Positions 1 through 12,574 of a stretch of 64,000 nucleotides of DNA are shown here, piece after piece. The first letter of the stretch is position 1. Each line of letters starts with the position of its first letter. Both the position numbers and the translations under genes were made by a program. Source of the DNA: Lama glama (Eukaryota); the NCBI GenBank assembly GCA_028534125.1, contig CM052832.1:11720001-11784000 (forward strand), read 5' to 3'. The notes beneath the pieces are model-generated. The model worked only from the letters and a program-made list of their open reading frames with translations, was not told the origin of the DNA and made no database searches.

Positions 1-129
1 CTTCCCTCAGAGAAGCCTGGGCCGAGAGGGGAACAATGAGACAACCTTTATGCTTTAGATCCTTAACCACGTAGCTTGAGGAGATGGACACAGCGTCCAC
101 ACGTTTGTAGGGGACAACTCGCTGTACAC

Positions 130-940
130 ACAGCCTACGGAACGTCACAAACTCACCGCACGCAGGGCCGCGGGCCCTCAGTGCGCACGCGCAGCAGAAA
201 GGGGCAGCTACGCAGGCGCACTGCAGCCTGGCGCCGGGCAAACCGGGTACCGGCGCCCCTTGGGCGAGCGCGCCCTCCCCGGCGCGTGCCATGGAGCAGC
301 GGTTAGCTGAGTTCCGGGCGTCCCGGAAACGAGCGGGGCTGGCAGCCGAACCTAGCACTTCGAGCCAGAGAGCACCAACCTCGGGAGAGAAGGCGGAAGC
401 AACTGCGACTCCAAAAGCAGCCCCAGGCTGGCTAAAACGGTTCCTGGTGTGGATACCGAGGCCTGCGAGTGGCCAGGCCCGGCCCAGCCTTACTCAGGTG
501 AGAAGAGGGAGGTCTCGCCTCCGAGAAACTTGCTTCAGGGCCGCCGACGTGGCCTCTCACGTAACTCCGGCCGAGGCCCCGCCTCCGCCAGCAGGTGGTG
601 GCCTACAGGCCCCGCCCCCTTGGGGGAGCGGCCCGGCCCGCAGGCCGCGCCCCCTCCGCTGGTTCCCGGCCCGGTCTTCGCTGGCGGGGCGGAACTGTTG
701 GCACCGTCCTTCAGCTCTGTGGCGGGGCCTCGCGTCTCCTGCCGCAAGTCTGGGCTCTGATAAATGGCTTTGACGTTTTCTTTCCAGCCCGCGACCCACG
801 CAGCTCCTGACTCCAGGCGGGAAGCGAGGGTCTGGGGTCCTGGAAGAAAGCTCCTCTGCCCTTGAGTTATTCACAGCGAGTTGAGTTATCGTTGTGCCTC
901 TCCGTGGCTTTGGGAAATCTCTCCACAACCGTGTTGAGCC
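130..940 (+). promoter_or_regulatory. SAYSD1: CpG island / SAYSD1 promoter and first exon-intron region, with NRF1-type motif TGCGCACGCGCA at 182-193
   Basis: Dense CpG and high GC around the ATG at 291. 182-193 fits the NRF1 consensus YGCGCAYGCGCR. Island limits are estimated by eye. Confidence 0.8.
291..497 (+). CDS. SAYSD1: SAYSvFN domain-containing protein 1, coding exon 1 (69 codons)
   Basis: GCC-ATG-G Kozak context. MEQRLAEFRA..R N-terminus typical of SAYSD1. Donor CAG|GTGAGA at 497/498, phase 0. Confidence 0.95.
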
Positions 941-1523
941 ACAAGCCTCTGCTAATGGCGGGTAAAAGGTCTAATTGTGTACTGATAAAACGTGGCAGTA
1001 ATTAAGGCGTCTTTTGATTCGCACCTGGGCCACACTGCATCTAGTCACCCAAATAGCCTGCGCGATTGTATAAAAATGGTATTTGAATACCAAACTCGCG
1101 GAAGTGTGGTAACGAACTGCCAGTGGTGGCATGTACTTGTGCATCGCTATTAAACTGGGGAAGTCTGTTCAAGTTCAACAATGAATGTTCAAGGCAAAAA
1201 CAGTATGTAGATTAGCATGATAGCTTTTCGATAATCTCTTATTCACATCTCTTTGTATCTTCATTGCTTTTGCTCATGAGTAAAGTGGCAAGGTGGGTTG
1301 CATGTGAAATTGGAGTATCTCTATGGGAATACAGGACAAATCATCAAGGGGAAATCTGTAAGGCAATCTGTGACAAGGCCTTTGTACCTCCTAAATGCAA
1401 GAAGAGCCAAAAATTCCTTTTGAAAATTAAATGTGCTGGAGCAGAAGTGTACCTTACTCCTCTTAAGATCATTTCTCTTAAGTTCATTTATCATTTCGCC
1501 TGCCACATCTGTTTTTAAGGAAA

Positions 1524-1709
1524 TTTTATTTATTTATTTATTTGTTTGTTTGTTGGTTGGTTGGTTGGTTGGTTGGTTGGTTTTGTTTTTGTTTGGGGGG
1601 GTAGTAATTAGATTTATTTACTTATTTTAATGGAGGTACTGGGATTGAACCCAGGACCTCATATATGCTAAGCTACACTCTACCACTGAGCTATACCCTT
1701 CCCCTCCCC
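1524..1709 (-). mobile_element. tRNA-derived SINE, VIC-1-like (camelid), with (TTTA)/(GTTT)/(GTTG)n tail
   Basis: Minus strand reads GGGTATAGCTCAGTGGTAGAG...GGTCCTGGGTTCAATCCCAGTACCTCC (pol III A and B boxes), followed by a simple-repeat tail. Confidence 0.85.
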
Positions 1710-2716
1710 GATTTTTTTTCTTTTTTAATCAAGGAGAACTTACTGTTACTCAGTTTGGATTAGATACTATTCTCCATGACACATAGAAAAGAGAGTGCAG
1801 CAGAGTTCAAACAATCCATTTCCTTGCATGTAGTTTGTCCCAGGATGACTTTATCGTTAGTTAAAATTCACTGAGCACAATTGCTTAGGATTTTAGAATC
1901 CATTTCCTCTACCTTTTTCCTCCCCACAGTTAAAAATAGCACCTAACCCACACAATGAGATTTTAACTGTATGTCTCATTTCCAAAGGTATATGAGATCA
2001 TTGAATTGGACCCAAAGAAACTGAACTTTGAGAAAGTTTCCAAAAAAAAGCTGACGGCTTGACAAAAGCATGAGAGGAAGTTCTGGACCTCCAGTGCTTC
2101 TTATTAATTACTCTGTTTTTCATAAGGGACTCTGTGTTAAGCTCCTTTTCATTGACTCGGTTATCATTCCTGGGTTTGCTCTGGTGTGAAATTCTCATTA
2201 AATTTTTTTCTCTAATCTACCGCCTATCTCTACCTAATAATTTTGGCGGCTCACAGTGTTTTGTCAGAGATTTCTTTAGCCTTCTATTTGTAATTGCTTC
2301 TTTTTGCTAGCTATTGATAAGGAAGCACCCACCTCCTCCTTCCCTCACTCTCGAATTTAGCCTGGGGAGAAGCAGTCTCTCCAAATAAAATAGTTCAGTC
2401 TGACGTGATTCTGCCACATTAGGACAAAAATACCTATGTGTGTATATATATATTTAAATATATATATGTATTTAAATCCTGCTGAAACCCCCATCTCCCT
2501 CCCCAGGCATATCCCATGCCAGCCCCCAGTGCTAGTGTCTAGCCTCAAGGTCCATTGCCCACACTCACCCTGCAGTGCCTCCCCTCCAAGCCTTGGCTCA
2601 GGTGGGCCCACTGCTCAAATGCTCTCCTTCTTTGGCGTCACCTGCCCAAGCGCAGCCTTTGCATCACCTCCTCAAATCCAGGAGTCATCTTTTCATTTCT
2701 CCCTTTTCCTCACCAT

Positions 2717-3170
2717 TATTCGTTCATCCAGTAAAATCCTAGCATGTGCTTACTGTGTCCCAGCTACTGTCCTGTATCCTGGGAGCCAGTGTGGCAAAGA
2801 TGAAGCCCCACTCTCAAAGAGCTGGCCTCTGAGTTGGGGAGCCTGGGGATGGCATGCCATAAAGGAAAAAACAGAATGAAGAATGCTATAGAAGGGGAAA
2901 GAAACCCAAGGTGCTGTGATAGTGAATTGGAGGTGAGGGTGTAGAGTGCTACTTTAAATTGGTTGGGCAGGGAGGACCTCAGTGAGAAGGTGATCTCACC
3001 ATTTTCATGAGAAGGAACCACTCTTGCAGATACCTGGAGACAAGGCCAAGAGCACACGTGGTGATGTTTCTGCTGAGGTTTGTAGAAGAGGGGAAGAGGC
3101 TTTCCTCTCAGAGGGAACTACAAGTGCAAAGGCCCTGAGGTGGGAAGCAGCTTGGTATTTGAGGCATGAA
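2717..3170 (-). mobile_element. Degraded L2 LINE 3' fragment
   Basis: attcgttcatcc...gcttactgtgtcccag...tgcaaaggccctgaggtggga resembles antisense L2. Boundaries approximate. Confidence 0.6.
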
Positions 3171-4614
3171 GTACCTTCCCTAAAATGCGCCATATGTGCT
3201 GTGATGACCACAAATGCTTCCACACACAACTTTTACAGCAGCAGGTGCACTGGTATTAAAACAAATGCCAAACGAGGCAGAAGGATTTCCCTGTGCCACC
3301 TCTCCCTTGTTTGTTCCCTTTGCCAGTTTGTATAACACCCCCACCCTACCCCATCTCCTTCTAGCTGTCTAACCCTTCCCCTTATCATCCCCCTTAAAGG
3401 TCCCTAATTAAGTAAAGGGCTTTGGAGGGAGACCATCCTAGGATCCTAGACCAGCTTCATTTCTGCTCATCACTAGCTGTGTGACTTTAGGGGAGTTACT
3501 TAACATCTTAGCGTTTCTTTATCAGTAAATTGGGAATAATAATGCCTGCCTCCTGGATTATAGGAGATCAGGCATCTTGAAGGCACTCAATAAATGGTGG
3601 CATAGGCATTATTCTTGTTATACTCCCTCAATAATAAAGTAAATTCAGCTTACTGTGAATTTCAAGTCATATACTTTCCAAATGTATTCTGTAGCCATCA
3701 ATCCATCATTTCTCTCTGACTTCTGTGTCACCAGCCTAATCTCTGCGTGCTTTCTTGTTGGGCCTCCTGCATGAGCTACTAACAATTTCCCTGCTTCTAC
3801 TCTTGCAGCACATTCTCTGCCTGGCAACCAGAGTAGTCTGAAATATTAATCGGATTATGTTAGTTCCCTGCTAAGACCTTCAGTGATTTCCCTATTGTGC
3901 ACACTAGTCAAATCTGAAAAGGACATTTATTTAATAAATGTGCGTGTGTGTGGTGGGGGTTGTTGCTGATGATATGTTAAGGGCCTTTCCAATCTAATTT
4001 AAAAGATAATCATTACAATGTTGGTGCCAATAAATATGTAGTTTCTGACAGTATAGTTTCTAGACAATATAGAATTTCTGAAGCAACAGAAATCAGGTGA
4101 CCTGTATTTTTTATCAAGACTAAATAATATTTGTGGTCCCTTTTAAGTTGCCATGTGAAGAATAAAGGATATAACTGAATAAATGAACTAGAAGTTCTGC
4201 TGTGAACTGAGAACCTGTGTGTGGGGTGCTGTATTTGGCTCTGGAGACACCAAAAGATAATCAGTGGCAGCACGTGGCCTCGTAGTAACAACCTAGGGAA
4301 ACGTGTGACCTATATGAAAAGAGACACCCTTGAATGACAAACAGTTTGGTGCTCCATGAGAAAGAGAGCTGGTTAGAGCTCTGGGAGGCAGAGGAAGTCC
4401 CCCTCCATGATGGCCCAGGAAGTCAGGCATGCATGGTTCGCCCAGCGTGCTTGCTTGGAGGAGGCCAGGAGCTGAGGAATGGTGAGGAAGCAGAGGCATT
4501 CCGGGCCACAGAGGGGCAGTGTCTCCGGCAGTAAGACCAGTTGAACTGGAGCAGAGGGTTCACTTATGGAGCAATTGATTATGGGATCATGTTGCACAGG
4601 AAACTTTTTAGACT

Positions 4615-4886
4615 ACTGTTTTAAAAACTGCAAGTCATGACTCACTAGTGGGTGGTGATGTCAATTTAGAGGATCTAGTCCTCTGTTAAAACTAAATTTA
4701 AAAAATAGAATAGAAAAGTAGAACTTCATATGTAATGAAGGTATTTGTTGATTTGTGAAAGTTTTTTTCCTTTTATTTATATATATGTGTGTGTGTATAT
4801 ATTTTTATATACATATATATGCTGTGTTGCAGTATAAAATGTATTTCTTATTGGGTCATACCCAAAAAAGTTTGGAAAATAACTGG
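4615..4886. mobile_element. hAT-type non-autonomous DNA transposon (MER63-like)
   Basis: Degenerate terminal inverted repeats, internal aatagaatagaaa and TA/TG-rich core. Family assigned from memory. Confidence 0.55.
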
Positions 4887-5708
4887 ACTGGAGATCAAGC
4901 TCCCTAAAACTCCCTGAATACCTGTGTCTCCCATTAGCACCCAGAGCAGGGGCCTGTGTTCTGGCATTTCTGTCTGCTGAGTGAAAGCAAGGCCTTGGAC
5001 TCCAGCCCAAGGAGTTTAAAATTTAACTAGCAGGCAATAAAAATTTGCCTAAGGTTTATGAGCAGGAGGTTGATGGGTGTTTTAGGAGATCCACTTAGCA
5101 ACTGTAGGTAGGATGGTTTGGAGAGGAAAGAGTTAGGAGGTGGGGAGTCCAGTTAGGAGACCCTGCCTTGGTCTGGGGGTGGGTGTAGGATGGTCACAGG
5201 GGATGGAAATGTTGTGGCTGTAACAGTGATTTTTTTTTTTGTCAATATGTGGAAGGGGGTTTTGTTTCCTGTTTCTGGTATAGCCCTCATTTTAGAATCA
5301 TGTCACTCACAAAAATTTAGCTCATCTAATCAGATCAACAAGCATGGATTCTGTATACCGGATCCCCATCGACTGCATTGTCAATTACCCGGGCGTTTCC
5401 TTATAGGGCTCATATTAGCTCCTGTTAGCAGCAGGCTAATCTTAGGAAATGTCTCCCTCAGATGGGAGGGAATCCATCTGAACGCTGTAAGGTTTTCTTC
5501 GGATCACATCTTACCAAGTGCTGATCAGTTTTGAATCAGTCAGAGCACACGAGCTCTTTGGAGACAGTTGTTTTAGAGAGTAGGGCAAGAAAACAGAAAC
5601 CCACAAGCCGGAAGCCTTCCTGAGCGAGGACAGCTGCCTCTACAGATCGCTTTTGCCTGTCTGGCCCCATTATCTTGATTCTCACCTTGGTTTGTTTGTG
5701 TGTCCTAG

Positions 5709-6053
5709 GGAGCGGCTGAGCCCGGGAACCGAGCATCCCAGCCACGGCGGAATGCAGTCGCGCCTCCCCCGCCCCCGCGGGACCAGTCTTTCCGGACTAA
5801 CATCACCTTCCTGAAGGTGCTCCTCTGGTTGGTCCTGCTGGGACTGTTTGTGGAATTGGAATTTGGCCTGGCCTATTTTGTCCTGTCCCTGTTCTACTGG
5901 ATGTATGTGGGGACACGAGGCCCCGAGGAGAAGACGGAGGGGGAGAAGAGCGCCTACTCGGTGTTCAACCCAGGCTGCGAGGCCATCCAGGGCACCCTGA
6001 CTGCAGAGCAGCTGGAGCGCGAGCTGCAGTTCAGACCCCTGGTTGGAAGATAG
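5709..6053 (+). CDS. SAYSD1: SAYSD1 coding exon 2 (hydrophobic segment + SAYSVFN motif, stop TAG); total 183 aa
   Basis: Acceptor TGTCCTAG| at 5708. In-frame GAAEPG...TNITFLKVLLWLVLLGLFVELEFGLAYFVLSLFYWMYVGTRG...SAYSVFNPGCEAIQGTLTAEQLERELQ. Confidence 0.97.
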   Translation, partial: GAAEPGNRASQPRRNAVAPPPPPRDQSFRTNITFLKVLLWLVLLGLFVELEFGLAYFVLSLFYWMYVGTRGPEEKTEGEKSAYSVFNPGCEAIQGTLTAEQLERELQFRPLVGR

Positions 6054-6417
6054 GACCCAGCCGTGCTGTCAGCTAGCCTCCCAGGGCCCTCTTCCCCCCG
6101 CGGGGTGTGGACTTGTAGGTTTGATTTCAGGTTCCCAAGACTAAGGAAAACAAAGGACCCTGCAATTCTCCATTCTTTCCCTGGTCTCCTGCTGCAGTTT
6201 TATATCAGAACTTCTTTTCGCTTTTGGTGAAACTCCCGGAAAGATACTCACAGTGGGTCTGATGCAGTTTATAAAAATTTACATACTGGAGAAGGGAGAC
6301 CTGTCTGTCTCTTTATTTGAGAGAGGTGGCTTTCAGAGCACTAGAAGTATGTTGGGGAGATAACTGTTTAAAATATCCACCTCTTTGAAGTAATGGCTTG
6401 GTGTATCAGGACTATAT

Positions 6418-6507
6418 ATTAAATGTTCTCTGTAAGTATTTTCATATCATATTTATAGCATTTTTTTCCTGGAAAGTGTAAGTTGCAAATTTTTGGTAGT
6501 AATTTGG

Positions 6508-6551
<44 letters not shown>

Positions 6552-7009
6552 CTGCCTTATGTCTTGCTTTTAATGGTTGTGGAAACATCTACTTCTCAGA
6601 AACAGATCCCCATTGCCCATCACCATATCCCACACACCTCGGTTATCCTGCCTCCACTCAGTGAGGGCAGATAAGAGAAGACAAAGTTCTAAGTGCCAGG
6701 TGCAGGGAGAAGATTACACAAAGTCAATATTGGTAGATTTGATAAGTGGTTATTAATGATGAATTCATCAAGAAAAAATTCTTCAGTACGTATAAAGGTG
6801 TTCTGGAGGTGGAATGCTAGACTGACTTACTGGCTGCTTGGGTTATTTCTTATGTTCTGATGGCTTTAGGGTAAGCAGTGCCTTTGACCAGGGGCCTCTG
6901 GGGAGAAATTATGTAAATAGTGGTAATCGGCCACACTTTGTGTTCCTTCCTCTTCCAGCACAAAGTTAGAGTGTGGGCTCATTAAAATTGGGCAAAGCAA
7001 ACCATTAAA
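6418..7009 (+). terminator. SAYSD1: Candidate SAYSD1 polyadenylation signals (ATTAAA at 6418, 6981, 7004)
   Basis: Variant hexamers followed by T/GT-rich sequence. The site actually used cannot be determined from sequence. Confidence 0.35.
6511..6546 (+). repeat. (TG)18 microsatellite
   Basis: Direct reading. Confidence 0.97.
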
Positions 7010-8917
7010 TACTTTTTATTTTTTTACAAATCAAACTGATTAGTTAGAGTTTTTTAGTTTTTAAAGCAATAGTTTTTTCCAAACTTCAGATTCTAAGACA
7101 TGAATGATTCTTCAGTAGTTTTTCAACTTCAGAATTCAGTTATTAATTCTTACATGGTGAAAGTAACTTTAATATTTATGAGACAGGACTAAACAATGGA
7201 GATCTATTATTAATTCTTTTTCCATTCTTGCATGATTTACTTACAAAAATCTTAATTTAAATTTAACTTTCATTCCTTGAATGTCAACACTCTACTAGGT
7301 ACTTGAGATATGATGATGAAAAAAGTAGGCATTTTCCCAGTTCTCGGAGCATATAATGTAACTGGGAATGGGGTGGTGGACAGAATAAAACAAGCAGTGC
7401 CAGCAATAGAGTGAGAGAAGTTTTAGTTGTTGCAGGAGCACAGAAGGGATGTGCTCATGAGTCATGCTTTGTGGCCCTTGTTGAAAGTTCCTCTGACTTG
7501 CATTGCTCCTCTCTCCAGCCCTTTGCTGATTGGGAGTTTGCTGTCCCTGAGAGTCATCCGTTGAGCAGAAGTTCCCTTTAGTTCATAAAGAAGTCTTTTC
7601 TTCCATGAGTCCTGTCTGAGCTGGACTGGTGGAAAGTACGGAAAACAGGAATCCCTACTAAACTTGCAGGTTTCGATTGTATTTAAGATACATGATTTTG
7701 TTTCCTGATTTATTTTCTTAAGGCTTTCTTCATCTCCTTGATACTTTACTTGGTCTGTTCCATTTCACAAAAGCCAAATACAAAGAAGAAATATCCCTCC
7801 CTGATCAAGGATTCACTGCGGTGCCCAGGGCAGTAAGTGAGCATTGTTTTAGGAAAGAATTCATTAGCATTTTAAAAATGTATAATTCAAACTTTTACCT
7901 AAAACAAATTACCTGTAACTGTGAATTAGGAATATTTGGTCCAGTTAGCAATCCCAGCAAAGTAGAGACTTCTCTTAAGCATGGAAGAGACTTAACTTTA
8001 GAGTGGACCGCACTAGCATTGTTTGAAAATATAGCCGTTTATAATGACGTGGAGCCTGGAGTGCCTTAAACCCACCTTTCGTGGGATTTGCTGTGAGCAT
8101 TTTGCCACTTTCCCTTGCTCCCTTCTTCCCAAAGCTTGCAGGTGATGACAGCATTAACTTCTAGGAAAAGTGGGACGTGAGCCAATTAAATGCCTAGCAG
8201 GGAAGACAAGAAAGGATGGTATGTATTTGCTGTTCTTATTAGCCATTAAGCTCTAGGCGCAGTCTTGATTTCCTGAATTTGAAAGGCCTATTGATCTCAG
8301 AATTTCCACTCAGGGCCTGACCATTAGCCCAGCAAGCAGCTTCCATTAAAGGCTGCTTCTGTCATCAGGGAACTTGAAATCTCAGGGATGTGTTCAGACC
8401 CTATGATAGCCGTGTGCAAGAATGAGGTCGTTTTTGTCCGAGTCTTACAAGCAATTTGGTTTTTGCTTTTATTCACATTATCGCGTCTTGCCTGTTCACA
8501 GGGACTGTTAAAGGAGCCTCTACTTGCAGGGCTGGAAGAGACCCCAGAATGCCATCAAATGTATCCCCCTGCCTTGGGCTGGGCCGCATTTATTCCTGAC
8601 TAAAATTTTTTTCATAGTGATCCAGAAAGGAGAATAATCCAGGTACAAGATTCAGGCACATCTTAGGAAGTCCTTTACAAAAGAACTTGAGCCACCCCAG
8701 GGTATTTCTTCTTATTCTAATCTCAGTGGACACAGAGCATCGTCCAGACTGGTAAACCATTGGTCAGTCCTCTTAGTCTTCTCTGTTATTTGGGCTAAAT
8801 CATCCGAACTGTACCTCTGGGACAGTCACTTTCACACGAGCCCTGACCCATTCTGAGGGCACAAGGTCTGGACAGTGGTGAATGTCCAGTTGGCGGGCTG
8901 GGATGCCACGGAGCATC

Positions 8918-8936
8918 TTGCCACCAGGGGGTAGCA
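8918..8936 (+). promoter_or_regulatory. CTCF-like motif TTGCCACCAGGGGGTAGCA
   Basis: Near-consensus CCACCAGGGGGC(A/G)(G/C) core with one C>T mismatch. Confidence 0.55.
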
Positions 8937-9589
8937 TAGAGCTGCCACTATAAATCCTGGGTCCCTTCACATCACAGTTTATGTAATGTGGAAAAGCCAC
9001 TGGGATGTTTATCTGAACCACTTGTGCTGCTTTTTCAGGCATTCTTTTCACTTTAAGATTTAGAGAGGAAAGGGCTCATCAGAGGTCCTGGGAAAGGCAC
9101 AGAAAGCTACGAGAGTGATTTATACACATATTTTAAAATAAAACAGTCCCTTCTCTAGACTTAGCAGGCAGTCCTGCTGTCGAGGGGTTAGCTCTGAGCT
9201 CCGTAGGGGGAAAAAGACTAGGAACTTACACAGCTGGCAGAGAAACTTGATCCCTAAGCCAAAGAAAGTAAAATTTGAACTGTATGCTTTGGTTTCTGTC
9301 ACACATACTTTTATTTCACAACATTGGGGCATTGGGCTGGATAAAGACTTGGACCTCACTCTCAGAAAGCTAGAGAGAAGACAAGGTGAGTGCACAAAGA
9401 ACCATACTATAAGACATATAGCAAAATACAGAGGTCTGTAAAGGTATAAGTAGCGTGTGTGTATGTGTGTGTGTGTGTATTGGGGGAACAGTCATCAGGA
9501 GAGACCATTTTCAAATCTGACCGTTATGCTATGTAGAATTGTCACTTTCCTATGAAAAGCACTGTTTCTTCATGCCATGAATTAATATT

Positions 9590-9735
9590 TTAAAAGGTGT
9601 GGTCTAGGACCACCTGCATTAGAATCTCCTGAGATAATATTAAAATGCAGATTCCACCCAGACTCATGACTCAGAATGTCTGTGGGCAGGACCATGAGAA
9701 TTTGCATTTTAATAACTAAAGATCAAGAACCAATG
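9590..9735. mobile_element. MER5A-like hAT MITE
   Basis: gtgtggtc..ggaccacctgcattagaatc...aaaatgcagatt...gactcagaat...tttgcatttt...gaacca. Confidence 0.65.
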
Positions 9736-10069
9736 ATATAAATCATAAATGTTAAAATAGGAAGAAAACTTAGTGATTATTAGAAACAAGCAAAGACAGA
9801 TTGGTGTGTATTTTTAAAGGAGGCAACAAGGTTGCTGTTTTTCAAACTGTTTTTTAGAAAGCAAAGCTAGAGAAAAACACACATACGGCTTTTTTTTTTT
9901 TCACACATATAGCTTTTAAATAATTAGGAATTAACTCCAAAGACTGTACAATAGTTAAAGATGCTTTATTTTTTGAAGTCTTAAGAACAGTTATTACAAA
10001 AAGAAGCACATGCTCATTTTAGAACATTTTGGGAATGTAAGAAAGAATAAAGTATTTTATTTTTATAGT

Positions 10070-10194
10070 GTTTTGAGGGTGAGGTAATTAGGTTTCCTCA
10101 TTGATTTCCACTTGGAAGATTTACTGGGGATTAAACCCAGGACCTCACTGCATCCTGAGCATGCACTCTACCACTTGAGCTATACCCTTCCCCC
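10070..10194 (-). mobile_element. VIC-1-like SINE with 14-bp target-site duplication
   Basis: Same A/B-box body as the 1524-1709 copy. TTTATTTTTATAGT flanks it at 10056-10069 and 10195-10208. Confidence 0.85.
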
Positions 10195-11454
10195 TTTATT
10201 TTTATAGTTGATGCATATATTCTAGAGTTCAAGAGGTCCATAGGATATACACTGAGAAAGTCTCCTTCCCACCGTCCTGTTTGTTCTTCCTCAAGTCCAC
10301 ACATGACAGCATGCTATACAAATCCCTTTGCTTTCTTTTTTAGGAATTTAGGCTTTATTAACGTGCATTTGAAGTTTTCATGAGAGAATACCATGATCCA
10401 ATTTCCATTTTTAAAAGGTCGCATGTGGAGACAGGCATTCTCTGTGTCATCCATTCATCCATCCATTCATTTATGGAGCAGTTAATCTTTTTCTCCCCCA
10501 TTGGTGAAAATGTTTACATATTTTTTATTCAGCTATCTTTTAAGATTTTGTTAACACATACTGACATTATGGCAAAATTGTTGGCTTATGAAGTATGTTC
10601 ATACATTCTACTTTTTATATTAAAGTAGAAGGTTTTCATTGGGGTAAACCAATAATATTAACGATCATGATAATTAAAAACTAAAGGATAATAATATCCT
10701 AAAAGTCAACACAACAAAATTTACCAATATTTTAGAAAAGGAACCCAGTAAACTCTGTATCCATTTGTTTTTAGAACGAATACATTTATGCATTCATCAA
10801 CAGTTTTGGATAGCACTTTACCAAATACATTTTTTATACCAAATTCATTCTTTCATCAATGAAAGAATTACAGTCCGTAAAGGTCACAAATGAGGCCTAG
10901 TAAACTACTAACCAGCACCTACTTTTTCAACTTATTTAACTCTATCATGCCTCTCCCAATCTATTTATCCATCTGTCCTTCTATTATCCTTTTAGCTGTC
11001 TTCGTGTCATGATTTCTTACGAAAAGAACCAAAAGCCTAACATAGTATCTGCTGTGGACTTTGACGGAACACCTCATCTTTGCCAGGCCTGGTGCTGGCC
11101 TCTGAGCGTGCAGAGATAATGCAGACAAAGTTTCTTTTCTCAAGGAGCTTACAGTCAGATTGGGGAAGGCAGCTAATTATCTGACAGTGACAGTACCATG
11201 TAGTGAACCTTTTGACAAACAAGGGCCAGAGCACAGAAAGGGGATATCAAAACACTTATGGAGTCAGGGAGGGCTTCCTGGAGGTGGTGACAGGTCAGTG
11301 AATTTGAAGGCACATCAGGTACTTCCCAGGAAAGAAGGCAGGGCAAAGGAGGTAGCATTTCACTCATAGGAAACCACTTGGGGAAAAGGCGATAATCATG
11401 AAAGGGAATAGCATGCATGGGGGAAACAGCTGAGGACTTCCATTATTTCTTCCA

Positions 11455-12560
11455 ACTAGTTGTGACATACATATGAAGACTGTTGATTTTGGTGTATTGA
11501 TTTTGTACCAGCTCTTGCTCTTAACTGAATTTTCTTACTAATTATAATGGTTTTCTGTTGATTCTCCTGGACTTTCCATATAGGCAATTATTTTCTCTTC
11601 AGATAGTGTGAAATTTAGCACCTCTTTCTCCAATTTTTACACTTCTTGTTTTTTTCTCTTTGTTGAATGACATTGGCTAGAACATCCAGAAAAATGTTAA
11701 ATCAGAATAATAGTGAATAATATCTTTTTCGTGTTCTTGACTTTAATGAGTATGCTGTAGTATTTTCCCCTTACACATGGCTTTAGGGTAAATAGATGGA
11801 TGGACATATATCTCAAGGAATTATTCATCTGTACTTATTAAATGGTGTTTTTTCCTCTTAAGAATGGATGTTGAATTTCAGGAAATTCAGTGCAGTGGAG
11901 ATTTGATTATGTGATTTTTTTCCTCTTTGATCAATTAATGTAATCAATTATGTTGCAGATTTACTCATACTGAACCATCCTTTTACTCCTGGAATAAAAG
12001 ATCCTTGATTGAAATGAACTATTCTTTTAATATACTTATAGGATTGTTTGCTAATATTTTACTTATATTTTTGTGAGATGTTCAGTAATTTTCATGAGAT
12101 TATAGTATTTTTGAGCAGTTTCTGAGATTTTTAAGCCGTTTTCCAAAATTCAGATTTTGGAATACATAAAAGCTTATTTGTATGTTTTTATTATAGATTG
12201 TCCCCTTTTGTCATTATAAAAAAAATCTTATTTTTTTATTGCTTTTTGCCTTGAATTTCTCCTTATCTGATATTAAGATTTGGTCACCTGCTTTTTTGTT
12301 TGCATTTGCCAAGTATGTCTCTGTCCACACTTGGTTTTTCAGCCTGAGTTATTTTTAGTAGGTGTGTTGCTTGTATATATGGAATAATTGGGTTTTGCTT
12401 TATCATCCATTATGAGAATTTTTTTTAATAATTGAGTTTAGCTCATTTATATTTATTGAAATCTTATTTATATCCTCACATTTTATGTTATGTTTTCTGT
12501 TTATATTGCGTCTTTTACTGTCTGATTTCCCTGTTTTGTTTCCTGTTACATGCGTGTTTC
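11455..12560 (-). mobile_element. Ancient L1 ORF2-region fragment
   Basis: T-rich antisense L1 hallmarks (gaatggatgttgaattt, tgaaccatcct...cctggaataaa, tctgatatt...tttgcatttgcc). Confidence 0.7.
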
Positions 12561-12574
12561 TCTTGATAATTTGG

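Noticed and set aside
1630..1705. tRNA-like A/B boxes
   Set aside because: SINE head with a simple-repeat tail, present in several diverged copies; not a tRNA gene.
2444..2467. 24-bp AT palindrome ATATATATATTTAAATATATATAT
   Set aside because: Trivial consequence of (AT)n slippage.
10847..10868. 10-bp inverted repeat ATTCTTTCAT-CA-ATGAAAGAAT
   Set aside because: Short, AT-rich and intergenic, with no supporting context.
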